Below are positions 9,364 through 19,338 of a DNA stretch of 64,000 bases, piece by piece. The position numbers and the translations under genes were made by a program. Location: positions 1 to 64,000 of the IMG/VR virus record IMGVR_UViG_3300027973_000030, one strand, 5' to 3'. Source of the DNA: a virus. Position 1 is the first letter of the stretch. The number at the start of each line of letters is the position of its first letter. The notes below the pieces were generated by a model. That model had not been told where the DNA came from. It saw only the letters and a list, made by a program, of their open reading frames with translations, and did no database searches.

Positions 9364-10383
9364 TTACTGGTTCCAATACTTTTCTACTTTCTTAGTTAAG
9401 TTTACCAAAATCTCCTCATTTAAAGGATTTTTAAGATATTCAAGAACATCCATTGGTGTTCTACCTAACATTGTTGTAGTCTCCATATGATAAATAAATC
9501 CATCAGCTTTAGTAGCAATAAACTTAAAATACCCACTGTCTTTTATAATTGATCTAATCTTTAATGTTTCCATATCTAGATTAGCAGTATCTAAAAATCT
9601 TTGAGCTGTCTTACGCTTATCCTTTTCTACCAAGTCTCCATTAATATATTTATCCATGTTATCATAGATAACGTCATTAGGTGTAGACTTCTTATACTGA
9701 GCACTGTTAGGATCTAACACTTTAGCTACATATAGTAACTTGTTTTGGTTCTTGTCAAATAACTTCTGAAGTTCAGAAAGAGCTTTATTACGCATCTTCT
9801 TAACCTCTGTTTGTATAGATGCAGTTTCCTCTAACTTATCTAAATAAAACTTAGGAGGAACAGACATTCTGCGTGCTTCTTCTAAGCTTTTAGCTACTAT
9901 TGAGAAACCACCTGCTTCTATAGCATACAATCTAATTAGATCATATGGGTCTTTATCAGGTTCTAAATACAATGGTTCGTTACCACATCTCACTTTAATT
10001 CTATCCCAGAACTCATCGTTATCTGGTTTAAGTAATTTTATCTTGTTCCAAAACTGATCATCTGCAGGATCAACTACATTTGATGCTAGTTCTTTTTCAA
10101 GTTGAGCTACAACAGCACGAATCTGTTTAATCTTAGCTTCTTGTTCTTCAAGTGGTAACTCTTTAATATCTGGGGCATATTCATTTAGACCTGTAAGGAA
10201 TCTTTTGATTCCGTTAATCTCTAAACATGCAATAGGTTCCTCGTGGAACGCTCCGTCAAAAAGACTTAATCCGTATTTCTGAAGTCCCATATTATCAACA
10301 ATAGGGTCAAAGAAAGGACGGATAGCAATACTTGAACGTTTGTTCTGTGGATACTTTTCCACCATTGATACATTACTACTCAT
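9364..10383 (-). CDS. Conserved crAss-like capsid-module protein (339 aa)
   Basis: Immediately downstream of the MCP; synteny. Confidence 0.55.
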   Translation of the reverse strand: MSSNVSMVEKYPQNKRSSIAIRPFFDPIVDNMGLQKYGLSLFDGAFHEEPIACLEINGIKRFLTGLNEYAPDIKELPLEEQEAKIKQIRAVVAQLEKELASNVVDPADDQFWNKIKLLKPDNDEFWDRIKVRCGNEPLYLEPDKDPYDLIRLYAIEAGGFSIVAKSLEEARRMSVPPKFYLDKLEETASIQTEVKKMRNKALSELQKLFDKNQNKLLYVAKVLDPNSAQYKKSTPNDVIYDNMDKYINGDLVEKDKRKTAQRFLDTANLDMETLKIRSIIKDSGYFKFIATKADGFIYHMETTTMLGRTPMDVLEYLKNPLNEEILVNLTKKVEKYWNQ

Positions 10384-10441
10384 ATTTGGTTTGTTTGGTT
10401 TTTATTATAACTGGTTACAAATGTAACCTTTTATATTTAGA

Positions 10442-10498
10442 ACCTATTAGAAGTTGCAAACTTCCCATGTGATCAGTCATGGTATGCGTACAATAGGT
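10442..10498 (-). ncRNA. Candidate three-way-junction, D-armless tRNA-like RNA element
   Basis: ACCTATTG/TAATAGGT closing stem, CCATG-ACTGATCA-CATGG hairpin and GAAG-TTTGCAA-CTTC hairpin. Confidence 0.45.
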
Positions 10499-10576
10499 AA
10501 CCTGCAGATAAATCTACAGGGGGTATTAATGTATCCTTAGCAGGGGATTTTAACCCCCTGCTTTAGATACTATTTT

Positions 10577-12196
10577 TTAGAATGATCCGCCAGTAACTGG
10601 GTTTCTCATAACGATCTTCAATACCTTAGTTGGATCTTTAACCCAAATAGCAGGCATAGTCTGTGTCATGAATACACGGTAACCGTTGAAGTTTCCAGAA
10701 GACTGGAATCCTTGTGTACGTCCCATGTAATCCATTGTACCGTTTTGATAGAACCATTTCAATTGATTATCCCAGCTTAACTTCAACAAGTAAATGTTGT
10801 CATTAGTGTTCTCAGTAATATCAAAGATGATAAAGTTGTAAGAACTTAAAGGGAAACCATCAATAATTGGGTTTTCAATATCATTTGTGTGAATGTTATC
10901 AAACGCTGGGTTCAATACAAACTTAACGTTAGCCAAGAAAGGAATAACGTATTGTGTGTATGCAAAACCAAAGTTTAAGTCCATACCTTTTCCAGTGATA
11001 GCACCAACTTCAGAAGCGTTGATTACTAAACCAGAGTTAATTGCTTCACGCTTAATAGCTTCGTTAACCAATTTCATACCACCTAAACCAGTTTGTACAA
11101 CCAACTGACGCTTAGGATCTGGTCCTTGGAACTCAACCTTACCGTTAAAGAAGTTAAAGATTTCAGATTTAAACAAGTCTAAGTTGAAAGATCCTTTGTT
11201 GTAGATACGCTTGAAAGAGTTATCTAACTGCTTCCAAAGACCCACTGACAAACGGATATCATCTGGACCGTCTTGCTTAACCTTACCACCTTGACCCCAC
11301 ATTAAGTAAGTCTCAATGTCATTTGCAATTTTTGTTAAGTGAGCAGCTTCTAAAGTGGTTAAGAATGTACGAGTTAACTGACCAGATTGGTAAGCTTTCT
11401 TTACATAATCTTTACCCATTTTGTTAGCCATGTCTTCTAAATTAGTAATAGAAGGATCACTAGATTTGTCAAAGTTTCTCCAAAGTTCAACTACAGGAAC
11501 TGTACCGTCAGCTTTCAATCCACCTTTGATCATCAAGTCTGCACGAGATGAGATAGAATAATGAACGTGAGCTTCTGCACCACCTACGTAGTTGTAGAAT
11601 TCACGGAAACCTGCGTTAACATTTCCAATGTCAGAGAATTTTTCACCATATTCACCACGAGCAGAACCTTTACGGAACATTTTAGTACCAATCTTTAAGT
11701 ACTTGTTATCCAAGTATTTAGCATTGTCATTGTTCACTAACTGAACTGTGTAGATGAAACCATCACCAGCTGGGATAATATCGTCAACTGTAATGTACAT
11801 TTCAACACCGTTGTATTTGTCATAAGTGATGATATCACCATGTCCAAAAGAACGCTTGTTTACTTTGATTTTGAATGCTTGACCATCAATACCTTTAGTG
11901 GCATTAGCTGATTCTACATCCTCTGTAATATACGGAAGATCCTGAGTTACCGGAATCTGCCATTTGTACTCACCACGATTGTTATCTACTGAGATAACAT
12001 TCTTACCACCGAAGCTAGACATTTGGTACAAAGGCATTTCTACTTTTTGTGCCATAGCCCACAAATCTACAGGACCTAAATCTGTAGGTTCAGCTGACTT
12101 CAGTAAGTTTGAAAGGTGATACGAGTCTACGTGTGAACTTGTTTGATAACTGGTATCACGTAGAAATATACCATTGTTCAAAACTGGAGTTGCCAT
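10577..12196 (-). CDS. Major capsid protein, crAss-like (539 aa)
   Basis: Size, order portal-scaffold-MCP, and C-terminal AIWVKDPTKVLKIVM typical of crAss-like MCPs. Confidence 0.85.
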   Translation of the reverse strand: MATPVLNNGIFLRDTSYQTSSHVDSYHLSNLLKSAEPTDLGPVDLWAMAQKVEMPLYQMSSFGGKNVISVDNNRGEYKWQIPVTQDLPYITEDVESANATKGIDGQAFKIKVNKRSFGHGDIITYDKYNGVEMYITVDDIIPAGDGFIYTVQLVNNDNAKYLDNKYLKIGTKMFRKGSARGEYGEKFSDIGNVNAGFREFYNYVGGAEAHVHYSISSRADLMIKGGLKADGTVPVVELWRNFDKSSDPSITNLEDMANKMGKDYVKKAYQSGQLTRTFLTTLEAAHLTKIANDIETYLMWGQGGKVKQDGPDDIRLSVGLWKQLDNSFKRIYNKGSFNLDLFKSEIFNFFNGKVEFQGPDPKRQLVVQTGLGGMKLVNEAIKREAINSGLVINASEVGAITGKGMDLNFGFAYTQYVIPFLANVKFVLNPAFDNIHTNDIENPIIDGFPLSSYNFIIFDITENTNDNIYLLKLSWDNQLKWFYQNGTMDYMGRTQGFQSSGNFNGYRVFMTQTMPAIWVKDPTKVLKIVMRNPVTGGSF

Positions 12197-12244
12197 AAGG
12201 CTTTAAAATTTAAGGGTTAATAAATTATTTAGTTAATAAGTTTT

Positions 12245-13525
12245 CTATCTTTTAAAAATGTTAGTAGGTCTAACTAACTTTCTAGATTTAGGTTCATCAT
12301 CCTCTTGATAAGTAGATGTGTTCTTTCTAGATTGTTCTGTCTTTAACTGTCTAACTGTTTGCTCTACTGCTTGATTCTTACCCTGTTTAGTCAATGTTTG
12401 ACGATATTCATCAGGGTTAGATAACAACCATAAAGCTTCTGCAATCAATGGATAATTTGGTTCTACAAATTGGTACTTCTCTAAAAGATGTCCTAACAAG
12501 TTTGTTGGACGTCCACTAATAGATGGATACTGTGGTTGTACTAAACCGCTATATAGTTGAGCTTGTGTCTTCTTGTCTAGCTTTAATCCGTTAATCTCAG
12601 CAGGTCTAAGAGCTTCAAATACATTTTGCATGTAAGCTTCAGCAGCATGTTCCTGTTGTTGTTTTTTAGCTTCTTGTTCAATAATCTGACTCTGTACAAT
12701 TTCTTCTTGCATAGAATCAAGCTTTGGCTTGAACTGTTTAGCTTTCTTTTCTAACACACCTAGATCTTTCCAAGTGGTTACTTCTTCATCAATTTCTTCT
12801 TCATTACCAAAACCAGTAGCTTGTAAATAAGATCTTACAATACCTTCTTGGTCATTCTCATCTTTAGGATCTAAAGATCTCACTTGTTCAACCTGAGCTA
12901 ACGCTTGGAATAAACCTTTAAGATCTTGTCCACCGTCCATTACATACTTTGCAGCATATTGTAACTCATCCGGTAAAGCTTCAAAGAATTCTTTTGGAGT
13001 TTTAGCTGCTACCTCAGACTTCATATTGTCTACGTTAGCTTGCCACAACTCTTCAACATCTTTCTCTCCAAGTGATCCTAAGTACTCTTCAAGATCTTGC
13101 TTTGTTTCATCATAGTCATCAAAAGCAAACATCTCTTTTGACTCTATGCGTTTTTTAAGAAACCCCACTAATCCAGACTTTTCTGTTTTAGGTCTTCCAG
13201 CTTTACTTTTACCTGTAGAATCATCTTCATCAGACTCTCCTAAGTTATCTATAAGATGGTCGGTCTCTTCTTTACTGATTACTTTAGTTCCTTTCGGATC
13301 CTTTTCATCTTTATTACTATTATCATCAGCGTCATTTTTATCCTCTTCATCATCAAGGAAACTTAAATCAGCTTTTGGTTGACTAAAAATATTTGGTTTA
13401 GAATCTTCTTTTTTAGTATCTGCTGGAGTAACAATACTGTCTGCTCCAGGAGCTCCTAACCAACTATCAATGTCAAGGTCTACTTGTTGTACAGATGTCT
13501 GTACATTGTTTTGATTATCAATCAT
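12245..13525 (-). CDS. Acidic scaffold-like protein (426 aa)
   Basis: D/E-rich N-terminus and coiled coils; between portal and MCP. Confidence 0.6.
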   Translation of the reverse strand: MIDNQNNVQTSVQQVDLDIDSWLGAPGADSIVTPADTKKEDSKPNIFSQPKADLSFLDDEEDKNDADDNSNKDEKDPKGTKVISKEETDHLIDNLGESDEDDSTGKSKAGRPKTEKSGLVGFLKKRIESKEMFAFDDYDETKQDLEEYLGSLGEKDVEELWQANVDNMKSEVAAKTPKEFFEALPDELQYAAKYVMDGGQDLKGLFQALAQVEQVRSLDPKDENDQEGIVRSYLQATGFGNEEEIDEEVTTWKDLGVLEKKAKQFKPKLDSMQEEIVQSQIIEQEAKKQQQEHAAEAYMQNVFEALRPAEINGLKLDKKTQAQLYSGLVQPQYPSISGRPTNLLGHLLEKYQFVEPNYPLIAEALWLLSNPDEYRQTLTKQGKNQAVEQTVRQLKTEQSRKNTSTYQEDDEPKSRKLVRPTNIFKR

Positions 13526-13549
13526 ATTTGTTTGGTTTTTTGTGTATCT

Positions 13550-13566
13550 CTACATTAAAAATATAC
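13550..13566 (-). promoter_or_regulatory. Putative late promoter motif (GTATATTTTTAATGTAG)
   Basis: Repeated motif, 25 nt upstream of the scaffold/MCP operon. Confidence 0.55.
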
Positions 13567-13635
13567 AACTTTAAATCTTAAAAATTTACTTTTTTTAAAA
13601 TATTTATATCTAAGGTACGGATAATAGAGCTATAA

Positions 13636-16374
13636 TTATTTCTTCCCTCCCTTAACGTCATATTTATTTTTGTTCTCTCTAGCAATTTGTAACTGTTTGT
13701 CAGCTATTCTCTCTTGTGTCTGCATCTTATCACGCTCAATATTTAACTTCTGCTGGTTAGTAGAAGTTTTATTGATCTCTTGTTCACGTTTAAAGTTCAT
13801 AGTGTCTTGGTAGTTATCCTGTTTTTGAATACCTTCCATAGCATCTTGATAATCAGACATTTGATTTTGGTTAATATCTGACCCTGCACCATAACCAGCA
13901 GCTCTAATTTGAGCCACTGTAAGTTCAGTTTGTCTATCAAGGTCAGCTTGTTCAGCTCTAAACTGCATCTCCATCTGCTTCTGCTTTTCTTGAGATTCTA
14001 ACATCTCAGTTTGCATCTGCTGTTGTTGCTGCTGTTCAGCTTGTTTCATACCATTAGTTTTCTCTTCAGCTTTCTTAAGAACACCAGTTAACTCAGCTAT
14101 AGACTCAGACTTAATAACATTACCTAGATCATAAATAGATGCCCCCATAGTGTTATTATTAACAGCTAAGCTTTTAAGCTGTTCCATAATTGCACGAGAG
14201 TTAGTCTTTGTTGTACAGAAAATATTTAAATCACGCATTAAGAAGTCTGTACCATTCATCTCAAAATTAACCTTCTCATCTGTTCCTGTAATATATTGTA
14301 AACGAATATTAGGTTTATTAGCATGATAATATTGAGCTAAGTCAGTTCTCATTTCGTGAACTCTTGGCATCAAGTTATCAGAGTGTTGTATAAAATACTG
14401 CTCTGTCTGTGCATAAGAAGCGTTCATAGCTTGTTCTACACCAGTGGCAGTTTGTTGAGCAATAGATGCTCCCATACGCTGTGGATTAAGACCAATAGTT
14501 TCAAACGCTTGATTCTTAAAATACGTAGCTAAGTTCACCCTAGATAACAAACGGTTTGTTTGCTCTAAGTTTAACACTTGATAGTGTTGAAAGTTAAGAG
14601 CATTCTCAGTGTTTGTAATAGATGTATCCAAAGGTAGCATTTGGAAGTTCTTCATAGCCACATAGGCTTTAGCCAGATTATTTTTACCCCAGTCTTCTCC
14701 CAAAGAGTGACGTGGCAAAGCGTTCTGGTCTAACATAATAACGGTACCTAATTCATCAACTAAGATGTCAGCTATCTGATTATTTACGATATTATAACCT
14801 ATCTGGTACGGTTTCATAAGATCTACCAGTGAAATACTGCGGGTGTTACGATCACCGAATACAGAACCTTCCACTGGAAGCTTACATCCATACAATGTTG
14901 TATCTCCTTTAAATTGGAAAGGAAGCTTACCTGGTTTACCACCATTAAGTCCTAAGTAAATTGGGTTGATACCACCTGGGTTATTCATACCCCAGAATGC
15001 CGGTCTGTTAGGACCTATTTTAATACCACCCCATACTTCGTTAATCCATATCCAATCAATGTGTTCTCCAAAGATTAAATTATCTTTAGATTTATCTTTA
15101 TAAACTGATGTATTATACATTGGTTTATCTGTCACTTTATAGTTTTCAGATATAACTTCTTGCATAACTTCTCCTTCTTCTGTAATCTTAGTTAAGTGAC
15201 CCACCTTACGTTGAGACTTCCAATATATATTAGAAACACGTAATAAATGAGACTTACCAAAATCTATTGTATCTTCTGAATCAGATAAGATCCATTCTAC
15301 AATATCTCCTGTACCAAACTTAGTGTCATACAAAGAAGTAAACTGCCTGTATGCAAGACTTGGCATCTGAGTATTCCACTCATGAGATCTTGTAGGATCA
15401 TAATAGGTACCATCATTTTGATATCCTTGTACAGCATAACCGGCAGAACGAACAGGGTAGATGGCTTCTAAAGCTTCTAATTGTTCCTGGTTCATCATCC
15501 ATCCGTACTTATCAATAACATCTGATACACTCATCATATCCATTTTACCTACCCAGTTACCCTGAGATATGTAACGGATGTCTGGAGACTTATGATAGAA
15601 TGTTAAAAGAGGATTCCAAAGTTCTAATTCATAGTCATCTTCTTTCATATTGAAATGCCAGAACTCTCTATCTGTAATTAACATGTCTCTAAATGCACGC
15701 TCTTCAAGCTCTTGCATTTTAAAGCGTTCCTCATCTACAGCCATCTGGTGGGATGCCCACTCTTCAATCATTGATCTATAATCTTTACGAAAGAAAGATT
15801 CTATCTCAGGTAGAGATTTAATATTCTCATCACTCATCATCTGTTGAGCTTCTTCTGATTCAAAATCAGCTCCTTGCTCCATCATCTGAGTCATCATCTT
15901 CATTTGAGCATGCTGTACTAACACGTCTTCTACCATTTGACGTTTAGCTTCTAACATCTCATTATATGAAATATCATCAACAGCTCTAAACATAATACGT
16001 GAGCTTCTTTTAGAAAACTCATTACATAATACGTTAATTACATTTGGAATGATTGGGTAAAACTTAAGTTCTAAAGCTGATTCATCCTCTTTTGTAAGAG
16101 TATCAATCAATTCACCCATTTCATTATCTTCTTCTACAATATAGTCTGTCTTATCAATAATACCCTTAGCAAGCTTGTAGTTCTTCATAAGTCTACGAGC
16201 ATTACGTCTAAGTTGTTTCATTCCCTGAAACTCTAACCAATCCAAGTTCCAAGCTCTCCACTCCTCATCTTTCTCTTTCTCAGGTAAAAACTGGATCGGT
16301 TGGGTAAGTGTACCCATCTTATTATAATCCGCTTTTTTACCAGCTTTGAGGTCTAGAGCATTGTATATCTGCAT
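13636..16374 (-). CDS. Portal protein, crAss-like (912 aa)
   Basis: YPIIPNVINVL..E, SLVDLMKPYQ..YN and a Q-rich coiled C-terminal barrel; next to the terminase. Confidence 0.88.
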   Translation of the reverse strand: MQIYNALDLKAGKKADYNKMGTLTQPIQFLPEKEKDEEWRAWNLDWLEFQGMKQLRRNARRLMKNYKLAKGIIDKTDYIVEEDNEMGELIDTLTKEDESALELKFYPIIPNVINVLCNEFSKRSSRIMFRAVDDISYNEMLEAKRQMVEDVLVQHAQMKMMTQMMEQGADFESEEAQQMMSDENIKSLPEIESFFRKDYRSMIEEWASHQMAVDEERFKMQELEERAFRDMLITDREFWHFNMKEDDYELELWNPLLTFYHKSPDIRYISQGNWVGKMDMMSVSDVIDKYGWMMNQEQLEALEAIYPVRSAGYAVQGYQNDGTYYDPTRSHEWNTQMPSLAYRQFTSLYDTKFGTGDIVEWILSDSEDTIDFGKSHLLRVSNIYWKSQRKVGHLTKITEEGEVMQEVISENYKVTDKPMYNTSVYKDKSKDNLIFGEHIDWIWINEVWGGIKIGPNRPAFWGMNNPGGINPIYLGLNGGKPGKLPFQFKGDTTLYGCKLPVEGSVFGDRNTRSISLVDLMKPYQIGYNIVNNQIADILVDELGTVIMLDQNALPRHSLGEDWGKNNLAKAYVAMKNFQMLPLDTSITNTENALNFQHYQVLNLEQTNRLLSRVNLATYFKNQAFETIGLNPQRMGASIAQQTATGVEQAMNASYAQTEQYFIQHSDNLMPRVHEMRTDLAQYYHANKPNIRLQYITGTDEKVNFEMNGTDFLMRDLNIFCTTKTNSRAIMEQLKSLAVNNNTMGASIYDLGNVIKSESIAELTGVLKKAEEKTNGMKQAEQQQQQQMQTEMLESQEKQKQMEMQFRAEQADLDRQTELTVAQIRAAGYGAGSDINQNQMSDYQDAMEGIQKQDNYQDTMNFKREQEINKTSTNQQKLNIERDKMQTQERIADKQLQIARENKNKYDVKGGKK

Positions 16375-16379
16375 GATAT

Positions 16380-16664
16380 TTAATTATTTAAGTCTGCTGA
16401 ATTATCAACAATTGTATTTGTAATAGAAGTAGTACCACTACCAGTCATGGATAAAAAAGTTGGTACCCCTGTTGTACTCCAAGTACCCAAAGGAGGATGA
16501 TATGCAGTACCAGTACTACTAGTTAGAAACTGTGCTAAAGCCTGTTTTGGTTCTTCTTCTTTTAAAAGAGTTAAAGCTTCTTCAAGCGTAAGAGAGCTTT
16601 CTTTAATCAATCTAGATAGGATAGCCATCTTCTGAACATGAAGTTCTTGTGTTGTATTTTCCAT
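16380..16664 (-). CDS. Hypothetical protein (94 aa)
   Basis: Fills the terL-portal gap; LTLEEALTLLKEE helix. Confidence 0.6.
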   Translation of the reverse strand: MENTTQELHVQKMAILSRLIKESSLTLEEALTLLKEEEPKQALAQFLTSSTGTAYHPPLGTWSTTGVPTFLSMTGSGTTSITNTIVDNSADLNN

Positions 16665-16666
16665 AT

Positions 16667-18871
16667 TTATCTTATATTTTTAAAAGCATTTCTAGGTGGT
16701 TGATTGTTCCCACTACTTTTCTTAGTATTTCCCATATGTCTAAAGGGGCTCCAATTTAATTTACTAAATTTTTGGGAGTTAACCAAATTTTCATTTGTAA
16801 CTTCTACACGTTTAGTTAATCCACGGTTAGATTGTTGCACCTTTGCAAACGCTATAAGAGCACAAAAGGTCACTAATCTATCCACGTTTAGTCCATCTCT
16901 GTATGCTTGCATCTCTTTAAGTAGCATAATGTCTGGTATACGTTCTACTCCATAAATAGTTTTTACTATTTCCCCGTCTGGTTTAGTTTCATGATCTAGT
17001 TCTTCTTTGGTAAATTCAATACCATAAGATAAAACTGTACCCTTAAAGAGCGTACCTACGTTCTTCCACCCGTATTCTTGGAACACATTACGATTTGCTC
17101 CTATATCTTTTAAGAAGAGTATCATATCTTTAGGTACTAAATAGCGTTGTTTCTTCTTACTTATCATATACTGTATGAACAAAGCTACGTTATTCTCCAC
17201 TATAGTCCAGGCATTATACCATTCTATGAGTAGTTCTAAACGCTCATGAGTTTTATTAAGATCATCAAAACGTCCACACCAACTAGCTACGATCATATCA
17301 CGTTCTATGGTATTAGTTACCTTACCGTCACCATCATCTTTTATAACTTCCACAGGATTCTTATAGATGTATATAGAACATAACGAGTCTGACGTGGTGG
17401 TCTTTCCCTCACTAACTGGATCCACAGAACCATAGTACATCCCAAATGGTGGACTTTTGTGTGGTCTTTCGTATATACACAGCACTCCTTCTTTATCTTC
17501 AGTCTTCTTAGATACAGGAAAATCCATAATAGGAATCTTCCTAGAAGGTTTATCTATAATCTTTCCTTCAGCATCTCTAGATAGTTCTAAGTATTCTACT
17601 GGATATTCTTTATCTTGTATACGTTGCATTTGTTTAGCTACAAGATGTGGAGGAAATACACTCACCTTACGTGTAGCAAAAGCTTCTTCTATATTTCTAG
17701 GTTGCTGAGATACTGTTAACTGATAAGCTGCCGGATCTAACTGACGTTTCATTCTAACAAACTCAGTTTCTAAAGCTTCTAAAGCTTCTTCCACTTTACT
17801 GTTACCGTATTGATCTATGTAAGGTGGCATTGACCACTGCTCAGGAATAAATAATCCTGTTAACCCTATTGTACCATCTTTATCTATAAGATTAGACTCT
17901 ACACCAAAGAAACCATTTTCTTCTGGATGTAAAATATATTCTTTCATAGGTTCACACTGATCAAGGTCTCCCACTGATCCTGCAGCTATAAACTGTCCTG
18001 TAATAATATGACCAGACTTTAATGCTGGTTTCATAAATCCATAGGTGTCATCCATCTTAGGAGCAATACCTGCTTCCTCGTGAAAGAAATAAGTTACAGG
18101 TCCACCGACACCATGTGTAGGATCTTTCTCAAATGAGTATAAGTTAATTGTAGATTTTAAACCTTTATATGTATCACGTCCTCCTTGTCTCACTTTAATC
18201 TGTTGGTTCCATGCTCCCACCTTATCTGGTTCAGCTGGTCTATACCATGCAGTGTGTTCATTTAAAAAGTTACGGTATTCATTAAGAAACTTCCAAGATC
18301 CTTTCTCATTGATGTAGTCTTTTAGACTAGCTCCTATTTTTAATACGGCACCTGGTTCAAATACCCATTGGTTAATTAACTTAGCCATATGGAAATAAGA
18401 AGATGCTATCTGACGTTTCTTTAGAATAATTGCATGTTTCCAGTTTAACTCTGCTAAGTGTTCATATAGTGCCATATGATACTGAGCATCTCTCACCTTT
18501 GCAAAGTCAAAACGTTTTTCTTCTTTATCATATATGGGTAAGAAATTCAACCACATGTAATAATCTCTAGATATATACCATGTGTCTATAGCATCTTTTA
18601 TAATTATACCATTACGACATTTAGCTTTTTGGTCATCCCAATAATGTATAAAGTCTTTTGTTTTTATAGGTGCTGCACAATAGTACCCTTGCTTCTGAAA
18701 CTTACGAGCTTCAGCATTAAATATTAAACTACTCTCAGTGAAGTTATACTGACCGGGTTCTTTAAATATAGAACGGACAAAGTCTCTAAATTCTTCTCTT
18801 GTATAGAAAGTAGTGACAGTCCATTCTCCCAATTCGTAAGTGGGTATTTCTATAAATATGTTATTTTCCAA
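16667..18871 (-). CDS. terL: Terminase large subunit (734 aa, TTG start)
   Basis: Walker A-like LKKRQIASSY, Walker B FFHEEAG and RNase H nuclease GSVDP...SDSL...IVENN. Confidence 0.92.
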   Translation of the reverse strand: MENNIFIEIPTYELGEWTVTTFYTREEFRDFVRSIFKEPGQYNFTESSLIFNAEARKFQKQGYYCAAPIKTKDFIHYWDDQKAKCRNGIIIKDAIDTWYISRDYYMWLNFLPIYDKEEKRFDFAKVRDAQYHMALYEHLAELNWKHAIILKKRQIASSYFHMAKLINQWVFEPGAVLKIGASLKDYINEKGSWKFLNEYRNFLNEHTAWYRPAEPDKVGAWNQQIKVRQGGRDTYKGLKSTINLYSFEKDPTHGVGGPVTYFFHEEAGIAPKMDDTYGFMKPALKSGHIITGQFIAAGSVGDLDQCEPMKEYILHPEENGFFGVESNLIDKDGTIGLTGLFIPEQWSMPPYIDQYGNSKVEEALEALETEFVRMKRQLDPAAYQLTVSQQPRNIEEAFATRKVSVFPPHLVAKQMQRIQDKEYPVEYLELSRDAEGKIIDKPSRKIPIMDFPVSKKTEDKEGVLCIYERPHKSPPFGMYYGSVDPVSEGKTTTSDSLCSIYIYKNPVEVIKDDGDGKVTNTIERDMIVASWCGRFDDLNKTHERLELLIEWYNAWTIVENNVALFIQYMISKKKQRYLVPKDMILFLKDIGANRNVFQEYGWKNVGTLFKGTVLSYGIEFTKEELDHETKPDGEIVKTIYGVERIPDIMLLKEMQAYRDGLNVDRLVTFCALIAFAKVQQSNRGLTKRVEVTNENLVNSQKFSKLNWSPFRHMGNTKKSSGNNQPPRNAFKNIR

Positions 18872-19150
18872 TTACTTAGTTGAGGTTAATTTATGTATTT
18901 CAACCACATCTCCTTTACACTTATGTAATAGATGCAAAAGAGTTTCAAAACTTTTACTACGCAATACACCATCTAGTTGAGAATTATCCCAATACTTGGT
19001 ATACATATCTCTAGGGATAGCGTTCCATAGTTTGGTATAAGGATTAAAATGAAACACCCAATCATGCATATACTCTTCTGTATCTGATAACTCAGATACT
19101 GGAGCAAACTCTTTAATGTTTTCGTAATCTGTGTAAACTTCTTGTTTCAT
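18872..19150 (-). CDS. Hypothetical protein (92 aa, start MKQEVY...)
   Basis: ATG at 19150 after an A/T-rich leader; the longer track start runs into the tRNA-like gene. Confidence 0.65.
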   Translation of the reverse strand: MKQEVYTDYENIKEFAPVSELSDTEEYMHDWVFHFNPYTKLWNAIPRDMYTKYWDNSQLDGVLRSKSFETLLHLLHKCKGDVVEIHKLTSTK

Positions 19151-19164
19151 AATTTTTAATTTAG

Positions 19165-19333
19165 CTGTAGAGGGTGGACTCGAACCACCAAGGTGAGATT
19201 CAATTGATAACACTACGCTTGCAAGCTGGTGGTCTACCCCATATTATCAATCTATTTCTATATCACCGCCCACGAGACAGGTGGGTACGTTTGCCGGGGT
19301 CATGCTGAGACAACCCAATTTCGTCACTCTACA
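19165..19333 (-). tRNA. Non-canonical, expanded tRNA-like RNA with anticodon GTC (Asp), 169 nt
   Basis: Acceptor TGTAGAG/CTCTACA plus G73; T-arm GGTGG-TTCGAGT-CCACC; anticodon arm CCCAC-CTGTCTC-GTGGG; D-stem ACG/CGT with an inserted hairpin; ~79-nt variable region. Confidence 0.75.
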
Positions 19334-19338
19334 ATGTT

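Noticed and set aside
10533-10570. Intrinsic terminator after the MCP
   Set aside because: Strong hairpin but no U-tract on the coding strand; treated as a processing or stability element.
19151-19213. N-terminal extension (MLSIESHLGG...) of ORF 18872-19213
   Set aside because: Overlaps the T-arm and acceptor of the tRNA-like gene; the ATG at 19150 has a better context.
19165-19333. tmRNA or group I intron-containing tRNA interpretation
   Set aside because: No Ala-type acceptor or tag ORF, an intact anticodon arm is present, and the inserts are far too short for a self-splicing intron.
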